From IMG/VR virus record IMGVR_UViG_3300029906_000004, positions 18,176-82,175 of that record: a DNA stretch of 64,000 nt; one strand, 5' to 3'. This document shows, one piece after another, positions 55,031 through 64,000 of the stretch. The position numbers were made by a program, and so were the translations under genes. How positions within the stretch are numbered: the first letter of the stretch is position 1; every line of letters begins with the position of its first letter. Source of the stretch: a virus. Below the pieces are notes generated by a model. That model was not told the origin of the DNA and made no database searches. It worked only from the letters and a program-made list of their open reading frames with translations.

Positions 55031-55330
55031 ATGAATTATTATATTATAAACGGAGCAGTAGTAAGTCTTAAAGATAACAAAATAGGAAAAACAGAGAAAG
55101 GTTGGGTTAGCATTAATAATTGTCATCGCATTCCCGAAGACGGGACACTTGATGGTAAAGAAGTACATGCCGGAGATATTGTAATTACTACTTACAATGA
55201 CGAGTGTTTTATTATAGTTGATAAAGATTCTGCCTTTGCAGACGCAATAAATGCAGATATCGAAAATAGAGAGAAATACCTAGCGAACGGCCAAGTATCT
55301 GGTGAATGTGAAAGTTGTAGTCCCGCATAA
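55031..55330 (+). CDS. Hypothetical protein
   Basis: 99-aa ORF. Confidence 0.6.
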   Translation: MNYYIINGAVVSLKDNKIGKTEKGWVSINNCHRIPEDGTLDGKEVHAGDIVITTYNDECFIIVDKDSAFADAINADIENREKYLANGQVSGECESCSPA

Positions 55331-55878
55331 TGAAACTATTTGATATTTTGGCAGGTTCAGTTACAATCCACGAAGATGCTTTAGCGATACCAGCTTTTAA
55401 GAAAGTATGGGAACTTGATAAAGATAAAAAGCATGCTACTGACATACTTAGTTACATAGTCTTACAAAATAAATGGAATAGCCCGTATGTGACTTCGATA
55501 ATAGACGAGAACGAACGCGCTAAACGTCTAAAGCAGCAGTTCTTTAATGATTCTAACTATTCTCTTACTATAGAGGAGAAGCTTGCAGAAGATGAATTTA
55601 ACTTCTTACAGAATACTTCTACTCTTCAATTACTTAACAACATCAGACTTAAATTAAATAGTATTAGCGCTTACTATAAGGATTCTTTAGATGAAGAATT
55701 GAATGAAAAGAAGATTAAGGACTTATTAGCAGGTATGGCTAATGCTGATAAAGTATTAGAGTCTATTGAGCATTTAGAGGATAGAGTTAAAGCTGAAGAG
55801 AGTATGAAGTCTAAGAAAGTTAGAGGTGACGCTAAGATTAACCCGTTTGAGTTACCTACTCAGAATGTTGGGAAGTAA
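55330..55878 (+). CDS. Conserved crAss-like protein upstream of the terminase
   Basis: 182-aa ORF, TAATG coupling; function not assignable. Confidence 0.65.
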   Translation: MKLFDILAGSVTIHEDALAIPAFKKVWELDKDKKHATDILSYIVLQNKWNSPYVTSIIDENERAKRLKQQFFNDSNYSLTIEEKLAEDEFNFLQNTSTLQLLNNIRLKLNSISAYYKDSLDEELNEKKIKDLLAGMANADKVLESIEHLEDRVKAEESMKSKKVRGDAKINPFELPTQNVGK

Positions 55879-55889
55879 CAACAGAAATA

Positions 55890-55911
55890 AACCAATAATT
55901 ATTAATACGTT
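55890..55911 (+). promoter_or_regulatory. Putative ECF-sigma promoter AAC-N13-TACGTT
   Basis: Upstream of a 50-aa ORF, the suppressor tRNA, HNH and tRNA-Met. Confidence 0.6.
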
Positions 55912-55924
55912 AAAATAAACAGAT

Positions 55925-56077
55925 ATGGAAAAAGCAACAATGACACCTAATGTGATTTTAGATCTTACAGATGAAACTAAGACCGTTACTGAAGCTATTG
56001 CAGAATGCGAAGCTAATAGACAAAAGGTAATGCCTTGGTATAAGAAGATCGCTAAGCGAATCAAGCGCTTGTTTTAA
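55925..56077 (+). CDS. Small protein (50 aa) with amphipathic basic C-terminus
   Basis: MEKATMTPNV...PWYKKIAKRIKRLF. Confidence 0.5.
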   Translation: MEKATMTPNVILDLTDETKTVTEAIAECEANRQKVMPWYKKIAKRIKRLF

Positions 56078-56158
56078 GACTTATCAGGTGTGTAAGTCGA
56101 TTTTGTAAGCACCTGCTCCGCTACATGGACGGAGGGTAAATTAATATCCATGTTTCAT

Positions 56159-56234
56159 TTCGGGTTTGTGTATGAGGCTTAGCACACAACTCTCTAAAAG
56201 TTGAAGATCTGGAGCGAACCGGAACCCGGGACCA
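56159..56234 (+). tRNA. Amber suppressor tRNA (anticodon CTA), atypical
   Basis: 76 nt with encoded CCA. D stem GTGT/GCAC; anticodon stem CAACT/AGTTG with loop CT-CTA-AA; T stem TCTGG/CCGGA with non-canonical loop AGCGAA; acceptor stem TTCGGGT/ACCCGGG. Confidence 0.85.
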
Positions 56235-56275
56235 ATAATTCGCGTAGGTTAGAGATGCGCATAAATATATATATT

Positions 56276-56716
56276 ATGAATAAAATATGTACGAAATGCG
56301 GTATTGAAAAACCTATAGAAGAATTTTATAAAAACAAAACTAAACGTGACGGTCACAGTTCAATTTGCAAAGATTGTCAAAAAGAAGCAGATAGACGTTA
56401 TTATTTATCTAATAAAGATAAAGTAAGAGAAAGAGCTAAAAAATTCCACAAGAAAGTAATGAATTACGTAAATTCTAAAAAGAGCATTGGTTGTTATATT
56501 TGTGGCGAAAAAGATATATCTTGTTTAGACTTTCATCATTTAAGAGATAAAGTAACAGAAATTGCTAAATTAATTGGTAATGATAATCTCACTCAAATAA
56601 AAACTGAAATAGATAAATGTGTAGTACTTTGCGCAAACTGTCATAGAAAATTACACTATTACAATTTAAGTTTAGAAGAATTAAAGCAGCAAGTTTCCGT
56701 TCCTAGTGCTGCTTAA
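56276..56716 (+). CDS. HNH endonuclease with Zn-finger
   Basis: CTKC...CKDC, CYIC...LDFHH...CANCHRKLH. Start revised to ATG 56276. Confidence 0.85.
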   Translation: MNKICTKCGIEKPIEEFYKNKTKRDGHSSICKDCQKEADRRYYLSNKDKVRERAKKFHKKVMNYVNSKKSIGCYICGEKDISCLDFHHLRDKVTEIAKLIGNDNLTQIKTEIDKCVVLCANCHRKLHYYNLSLEELKQQVSVPSAA

Positions 56717-56852
56717 ACTAACAGAAGTATGGCGCGCATACAACGTAAATACCTAAGTCACTTACTGAGTAATTAACAGTAAATACAGCTAATCAAGGTC
56801 CGAATCGTAAGTCGGCGAGTTGTGAGGAGTTCTCGTATAAGCCTCACTAGAT

Positions 56853-56924
56853 CGCGGGTTGGAGAAGTGGTATCTCATCAGGCTCATAATCTGAAGATCG
56901 CAGGTCCGAATCCTGCACCCGCAA
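56853..56924 (+). tRNA. tRNA-Met(CAT), initiator-like
   Basis: C1:A72 mismatch and CT-CAT-AA loop; the anticodon stem lacks the usual three G-C pairs. Confidence 0.85.
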
Positions 56925-57027
56925 CAATTTTAGCCGAAAGGCTCTTCTTTGATTTTTTATCATAAAAAAAGAAAGGGGGTTCGTTGTGAAACGCACCCCT
57001 TTTATTATAACTTTTTCCATATATAAA

Positions 57028-57255
57028 ATGAAGATTAATAAATAGAAAATAATACGCAATATTAAACTTTTTCTATTAGCAACATACGTGTTTGCAGCAA
57101 TAGGCTCTAGTTCTGTAGCGATTAAATCAGATGAACTTTACTTTGTAATATGTGGTATAGCTAATTTAGTAGGTAACTTCTATAATATGTTTACTATAGG
57201 ACATGAACTAATTTACCTAAAAGGAGTAGAAAAGAGGAAGAAAGAACATGATTGA
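57028..57255 (+). CDS. Two-TM small membrane protein (holin-like), TAG at codon 6
   Basis: MKINK(TAG)KIIRNIKLFLLATYVFAAIG...YFVICGIANLVGNFY...KRKKEHD. Confidence 0.55.
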
Positions 57256-60200
57256 TTTTACTAAGAAAATACATTAGAGTGATAAATTTCGTCAGCCAGC
57301 CTTAACGTATATTAGGACTGGCTAGTATTGTTAGTATCCTAAAGGTACTTCAGAATACATGAACTACTGGTCTACAGAATAGGATAGGTGCATCAATGGT
57401 TATACTGCTGATGATGGAGATTTCATTAGCGGGTATAACTATTTTTATTTGAACTACTGCCCTATACTTAGGATTGTCAATAAAGAGGTAAACGGTAAAG
57501 TTAAAGCTGTATCAGAAGTAACCTTTCCAGATTTTTGGGATTATGACTATTACTATTTCTAGACAGTAGAAGAGGCTCAATTACAAGGTAAACATTTATG
57601 TGTTCTAAAAAGTAGAAGACGTGGGTATAGTTATAAAGCTGCATCTATGATGTGTCGTAATTATTATCTTGTGCCTAATACTTCTTCATACGTATACGCT
57701 TCAAATAAGCAGTATTTAACAGACGACGGGGTGCTTACTAAAGCGTGGAACTATATGGACTTTATAGATGAACACACTGCTTGGGGTAAAAAGAGAACGG
57801 TTAATACCCAATTACGCCGTAGAGCTGGTATGTGGGTTAAAGATGAATACGGCAATCAAATAGAAGTAGGTTATAAATCTGAGATTATTGGTGTCACTTT
57901 AAAGGATAATCCGGATGTTGGTCACCCGTATGATCAAATAGTTTATACTCCCGAAGGTAAGAAGAAATGGGAAGATATCACAGTTGGATCAAAGTTATTT
58001 GATTCTAGAGGAGGAATTACGACTGTTACTGAAGTAAATGAACTTGGTAAAGTACCTGTGTATAGACTCACATTAAGCGACGGTAGAATTGTAGAAGCTA
58101 CGGCGGATCACAAGTGGAGAATATTCCGGTATAGGCATAAGCAACATAGTTGGAACGGTAAAAACGAAAAAAGAGAAATAAGAGAAATCGAGCTCACTAC
58201 TGAAGAAATATTTGGGCTTACTAAAAACAAGTCTTATAAGACGAATAGATGCAGAATTAAGACTAGATTCTCGGTACCGTTTAATCATCAAGAAGTTCCT
58301 ATTGATGCGTATACAATGGGGTTCTTATTAGGAGACGGTAGTCTTACTAAGACTTCTAATCATAAGGCTTACTTTGTTCAGTCTGCAGAAGATTATGAAA
58401 GCATAAAGCATTTATTCCCCTATAAAGTAGATAAACAATATGGTATTACTTATGCTGTTAACATACCCAACGCTAAACAGATAATTAAAGATCTCGGCTT
58501 ACTAGATAAAACTTCTGATAATAAATTTATTCCAGATTGTTATAAATATAATAGTGAAGAAATAAGAATTGCTGTATTAAACGGGTTGTTAGATACAGAC
58601 GGTAGTATTACTAAAGACTATGGGGTAATAGAATACGTAAGTAAATCTTATCAACTCGCACAAGATGTAAGATGGCTATTGTTTAGTTTAGGTATAAATA
58701 ATTCTTTACATATTAAATATATAAAAGGAATCCCTTATTATAGAGTATACGTATACTGTTCTGGAGAAGAACACAGGTTATTTTGCATTCCTAGAAAAAA
58801 AGAAAGAATTTCTATTAAGAAATCGACTCCCTTTGCTCTTAGCAAAGTCCAATATACATATATTGATAAAGTAGAAAAAATAGAAGATAAAGTATCCAAA
58901 TGCGTTACAGTTGACGCGGAAGATCATGTGTACATGATTGGAGATTTTATTGAAACTAAGAACTGTCGTGGTAAACGTGCAAACTTAATTCTATTTGAAG
59001 AAGCTGGATCGTTTAAGGAACTTTCAGCCGCTTGGCAAATAGCTCGTCCCTCGGTTGAAATTGACGGTAGAGCTTTCGCCACGATGATAGCATACGGCAC
59101 CGGAGGAGACGAAGAATCTAACTTCTTTACTCTAAAAGACATGTTCTATCATCCTGAAGGATACAATTGTTTAGCGTTGCCTAATATATGGGATGAAAAC
59201 GTATCAAATACGTCGTGTGGTTTTTTCGTTCCGTAGTATACTAATATGGACTTACGTGACGATCAAGGTAAACGTCTTTATATGGACAAAGACGGTAATA
59301 CTCTTACTATACCTGCTCGTCAATACATACTAGAAGAAAGACGTAAAGTAATAGAAAACTCTACTAATTCTGTAGCAGTAGACAGATATGTTGCAGAAAG
59401 ACCTATTACTCCTGCTGAAGCGTGTCTAGAATTTAATGGCAATATATTCCCTAAAAAAGAATTACAAGAGCAACTAGGTAAGATACGTACTAATAAGTTA
59501 TTAAGTAATCATAAGCAGATTGGGGATCTTATTTGGGAGTCAGACGGTAGTCTTAAATGGCTCTTAAAGAAGAGCGGTGATATTACTCATTATCCTCTTA
59601 ATAAGAATGATGATCCTACCGGTTCTATCGTTATATGGGAACATCCTGTAAAAGACGCTCCTATAGGTTTATATATAATCGGCGTTGACCCTTACGATCA
59701 TGATCAATCCGGTACTAATTCGTTAGGTTCTTGTTTTGTTTATAAACGGTTTTAGAATTTTGAGAATTACTATGATTTAATAGTAGCTGAATATACAGGA
59801 AGACCTTCTACGGCAGAAGAATTTTATGAAAACGTACGTAAGTTAGCAATATACTACAATGCCCATATAATGTATGAAAATCAGAATAAAGGACTATTTC
59901 CTTACTTCGTAGCTAAACATTGTGACTATTTACTCGCTGATTAGCCTGATATACTTAATGATATTATTGGTAGCAGTAAAGTAAACCGTAAAAAGGGTTG
60001 TCATATGAATAAGTAGATTAAACAGTGGGGAGAAGGTCTTATTAAGGACTGGCTCAATGACGAGAAAGCTCCTGGTCATAAAAATCTACACGATATACTA
60101 TCAGAGCCATTGCTAGAAGAACTAATTAGTTATAACGACATTGGCAACTTTGACCGCGTAATGGCTCTAATTTAGGTAATGATATATAGAGAACAACTCT

Positions 60201-60334
60201 ACAATATAGTAGTAAAAGAAAAAAAGAAACAAAATAAAAGTAGGTTACTATTCGACGGACCTATTTTTAATGAAGATTCATGGTATGACGATATTGTGAA
60301 TAACGTCGAAGAAGATGTATATACATTTAATTAA
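57248..60334 (+). CDS. terL: Terminase large subunit with intein, TAG-recoded (~1028 aa precursor)
   Basis: KSRRRGYSYK, RGKRANLILFEEAG, YIIGVDPYD, YENQ and FDRVMAL motifs. Track fragments 57647 and 59246 share the frame and are joined across TAGs. Confidence 0.9.
57920..58963 (+). mobile_element. Class 3 intein (348 aa) with LAGLIDADG endonuclease
   Basis: Starts GHPYDQIVYTPEG; block B TADHKW; block F KCVTV; block G IETKN followed by Cys+1; GFLLGDG and NGLLDTDG motifs. Confidence 0.88.
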
Positions 60335-60340
60335 CAGAAT

Positions 60341-62851
60341 ATGATAAGTAGAAACTTAGATTCGATGCCTCTTTAGAAGCTTCCTATGAGTAAAAAGACA
60401 AAGGAATGGCGAGAGGCAAATTTAGACTATATTATCGGTAAATCCGGATTTACTAGTGGTCTTGGCAATAATGGTTCTACTAAGTATGAGGAAATGTAGA
60501 CGTACTATAATCTATATAACAGTATATATGATGAGAAAGACTTACTGTACGTTACTAATCCTTTCAAGTAGAAAGACGGATTCCCTGCAACTGCACAAGA
60601 CTATAATATAATTAAGCCTAAAGTAGACTTACTATTAGGTGAAGAGACTAAACGTCCTTTTAACTTTAGAGTAGTACGTACTAGTGATGACGCTACTAGT
60701 GAAGTACAAGAAACTGCTAAGCAAATGCTTACTGATTATATAATGGCTACTGTAATGAGTAAGCTAGGTCCTGAAGAAGCGTAGAGATATCAAGAAGCAT
60801 TGTAGTCAGGTGAGATAATGCCTCCTGAGGCAATATAGAAATATCTTAGTAAAGATTATAAAGATATTGCAGAAACTACTGCATAGCATACCTTAAATTA
60901 TTTAAAGAATAAGCTTAATGTTACGCACGAGTTTTTTAAAGGGTGGAAAGATGCTTTAATAGCTGGTGAAGAAGTATATTACGTTGGTATTATTAACGGT
61001 AATCCTTACTTAGAAAGAGTCAATCCTTTATTCTTCAGTTATGATCAATAGGCTGATTTGGAATTCATTCATGATGCAGATTGGTGCTGCAGAAAGATGA
61101 TTATGTCTGCTACTTAGATATATGATAGATTCTATGATAAAATGTCTGAGAAGCAGTTAAACTAGCTCCTAGAAATGATTGAAGATACTGGTAGAGGAGG
61201 TATTAATCCAGAGGTGCGTAAGACTTCTCTAGATTATCCTCATATCAAAACCCATACTATTGGTGGATTTACTACTAATCCGTTTGATGACGTAGATGAC
61301 ATTAACGTATGGCATTGCTGCTGGAAATCCTTTAAAAAGATAGGTTTTGTCACTTACATAGATCCTGAGACAGGTGTGCCTGATGAACTATAGGTAGACG
61401 AATCTTATAAAGTAACTGGTAACGAATTAAACGTGGAATGGACTTGGATTATTGAAGTATGGGAAGGATATAGAGTTGGAGAAGATTTGTACATTGGTAT
61501 TCAACCTTTAGACTACCAACACGTATCTGCAGATAATCCTAATTCGTAGAAATTACCTTATACCGGTGTAGTATATAATAATACCAATAGTAGACCTAGG
61601 TCTTTAGTAAGCATGATGAAGCCTTTACAATATATGTATATTGTACTATGGTATAGATTGGAATTAGCAATGGCTAGAGATAAAGGTAAGATACCTGTAG
61701 TAGACGTTACTCAGATACCTAAAGACATGGGTATTGACGTTAATAAATGGATGCACTACTTATCTGCTCTTGGTGTGATGTTTATCAACCCTTATGAAGA
61801 AGGTTGGGATATACCTGGTAGAGAAGGAGGTAAACCTAGCTAGTTTAATCAATTTACCGCTCTAGATCTTACTATGGCTCCTGTAATTGATCAGTATATC
61901 AACTTAATGGCTAAGATTGAAGATATGGCATCTGAAATTACTGGAGTAAGTAAACAGCGAGAAGGGGCTATTTCGTCTAATGAGCTCGTCGGTAATGTAG
62001 AACGAAGTGTAATTCAATCAGCCCACATTACTGAACCTTGGTTCTGGGTGCATAATCAAGTAAAGAAAGAAGTACTTACTATGCTGTTAGACACTTCTAA
62101 AGAAGCTTGGAAAGGTAATAAGCGTTGTTTACATTATATACTAGACGATGCTACTAGAGCTTTTCTTACTTTGTCAGATTCGTTCTTCTACGAGGATATG
62201 GACGTATTCTTAGATGATTCTACGAAGAATCAACAGCAGATAGAAGCTCTCAGGAACCTTATGCAACCTGCTATGCAGAATGGTGCTAGCCTACTTGACA
62301 TAGCTGAGATTATTACTATGGATAATGTCAACATGATTAAGAATAGGCTCGAAGAAATTGAGCAAAAACGTATGCAACAACAACAAGCTATGGAGGAGGC
62401 TCAAGCTCAACGTGAACAGCAAGCTATTCAAATGCAGAATGAGATTAAGGAAGAAGAGCTAATGATTAAGGAAGCCGAGATGGATCTTAAGAAGTACGAG
62501 ATCGATCAGAATAATCAGACTAAGATTGTAGTAGCTCAACTTAATGCTTATAGAGGTAGTGAGAATTAGGACGTTGACTAGAACGGCGTACCTGATGTTT
62601 TGGAGATAGGAAAACAAGCTCTAGAGCAATAGAAGATTAATTCAGATGCTGCTGCTAAGCAATTAGAACTCAATAATAAGCGTAGAGAGACTGAGATGAA
62701 ACGTGAGATTGAGAATAAGAAGATTGAGTTAGAGAAGCAGCGTATGAAACAAGAAATAGAGCTTTAGAAGATGAAAGATGAAGAAGCTTATAAACGTGAA
62801 CAATTAAAAGCCCGCACTGCAATTCGCAATAAAGTATCGGGTGAAAAGTAA
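60341..62851 (+). CDS. Portal protein (~836 aa), TAG-recoded
   Basis: Directly after TerL. NYNIIKPKVDLLLGEE, WKDALIAGEE, GVSKQREG motifs; track fragments 61175, 61613 and 61874 are in this frame. Confidence 0.88.
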
Positions 62852-62877
62852 AACTTAAATAAATGGAGGACTTAACT

Positions 62878-62916
62878 ATGGCATGTAAAGGTAAAGGTGG
62901 TAAGAAAGGTAAGTAA
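62878..62916 (+). CDS. 12-aa Lys/Gly micropeptide MACKGKGGKKGK
   Basis: GGAGGA 7 nt upstream of the ATG; fills the gap between portal and protease. Confidence 0.5.
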   Translation: MACKGKGGKKGK

Positions 62917-62918
62917 TT

Positions 62919-63332
62919 ATGAAACACGAATTTGATCAATAGGTGAGCGTTACAGATAAGCGCTTACTTATACCTTTAAAGTTAAACGGTAAAGTAGTAT
63001 ACTTCTTAGCCGATACAGGAGCTTCTTTATCTTTAGTAGATAGTTCATAGGTAGATGATTTGAAGTTTGGATTACGAAACAAGTTATCTGGAACTATTAC
63101 AGGTGCAGGTGGAGAAACTGGAGAAGTTTGGCACGTCAAAGACTTAGAAGTAGAATTTGATGGTAAGAAGATTTATCAGTTTCTGGCAACAGACATCTCT
63201 AATGTAAGAGAGAGTATTAAGAAAGAAACTGGTTACACTATTGCAGGTATACTGGGTTTACCGTAGATGAAAGAGCTTGGATGGATAATAGATGTAGCTA
63301 ATTCTAAAATATATTATGAAGATAATCTATAA
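62919..63332 (+). CDS. Retropepsin-like aspartic protease, TAG-recoded
   Basis: FLADTGASLSLV and IAGILG motifs. Confidence 0.8.
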
Positions 63333-63696
63333 TAAGTTTATACCTTTTGGTGGGTATGACGCAATAAATATATGTGGGTTCTTATTTGTCAATGAGAAGA
63401 ATGTAACTCATTATGATGATGAAGATTTCCAAAGAATGGTACGACATGAGTCTATTCACAGTGCTTAGATATTTGAGATGCTAATCATCTTTTTCTATAT
63501 ATGGTATTGTATAGAATGGTTTATTAAATTATTCAAATATGGTGATAGCGATGAAGATGGTAGAGGAGACGCTTATCATAATATAAGTTTTGAAAGAGAA
63601 GCTTATGACAATTAGGATGATCTAGACTATCTAAAGAATAGAAAGAGATTTAGCTGGTGGTACTACTTAACTCATAGAACGCATGAACAGAACTGA
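63316..63696 (+). CDS. HExxH metallopeptidase-like membrane protein, TAG-recoded
   Basis: RHESIHSA(TAG)IFE...hydrophobic stretch...SFEREAY. Confidence 0.7.
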
Positions 63697-64000
63697 GTTT
63701 AAGAAAAGAATGTAGTCCCTGAAGTCTTACCGGGAGAACAATCCCGGTAAAGGCTATTGGGATTGGAAGGTAGAGTAGTTTGATGAAGGTGGAGAAGTAC
63801 CTCCTTCAGATTATCAGGGAAGTAATGAACCAGCTAGAGTAAATCCTATTACCGGTAAACCGTTAGCTAATGGTGTAGTCTATACTACTATTCCACCTAC
63901 ATTAGGCGATACAGAAGAACCGTCCGCAGCTATAGAAACTGCATTAAGTTTTATTCCGTACGTTGGTGACGTAATGTCTGTAAGAGATGCGTATATCGCT
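63683..64000 (+). CDS. Protein truncated at window end, TAG-recoded
   Basis: MNRTEFKKRM(TAG)SLKSYRENNPGKGYWDWKVE(TAG)FDEGG. Confidence 0.65.

Noticed and set aside
56201-56275. TTG start for the HNH gene
   Set aside because: It lies inside the suppressor tRNA. ATG 56276 follows an AT-rich leader.
56235-56275. Theta (HDV-like) ribozyme 3' of the suppressor or other tRNAs
   Set aside because: No nested double pseudoknot was found by eye at any tRNA 3' end; a covariance search could still find one.
56770-56835. Possible twister upstream of tRNA-Met
   Set aside because: L4 length and the T2 pairing do not fit.
1-64000. CRISPR array, rRNA, integrase, release factor or aminoacyl-tRNA synthetase
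   Set aside because: None was recognised in this window.

Overview
About 64 kb of an AT-rich crAss-like (Crassvirales-type, probably Bacteroidota-infecting) phage genome with amber stop-codon reassignment (TAG read as Gln, code 15). The code-11 ORF track therefore fragments the virion genes. 1-20707 (+): recoded virion/ejection genes, including one ~4530-codon frame (2934-16532) with a zincin HExxH motif, the DFDID RNA polymerase motif and a C-terminal SLOG-like domain. 20786-50130 (-): replication and early module, almost free of in-frame TAG (PolB, DnaB, primase, Sak4-like ATPase split by a group I intron carrying a LAGLIDADG gene, MoxR/VWA pair, ECF sigma factor). Its intergenic spaces hold tRNAs, a hatchet and a twister ribozyme, a 2-kb ORF-free structured region and an apparent circularly permuted two-piece tmRNA with a tRNA-like 3' processing element. 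50657-64000 (+): ThyX, GroES-like, DUF5664, an atypical amber-suppressor tRNA, HNH, tRNA-Met, intein-containing TerL, portal and downstream genes. A bipartite AAC-N13-15-TACGTT motif, resembling an ECF-sigma promoter, precedes several right-arm units including the suppressor tRNA. All calls come from manual reading and motif recall. No database search or folding was run, and long recoded frames were spot-checked rather than verified at every codon.
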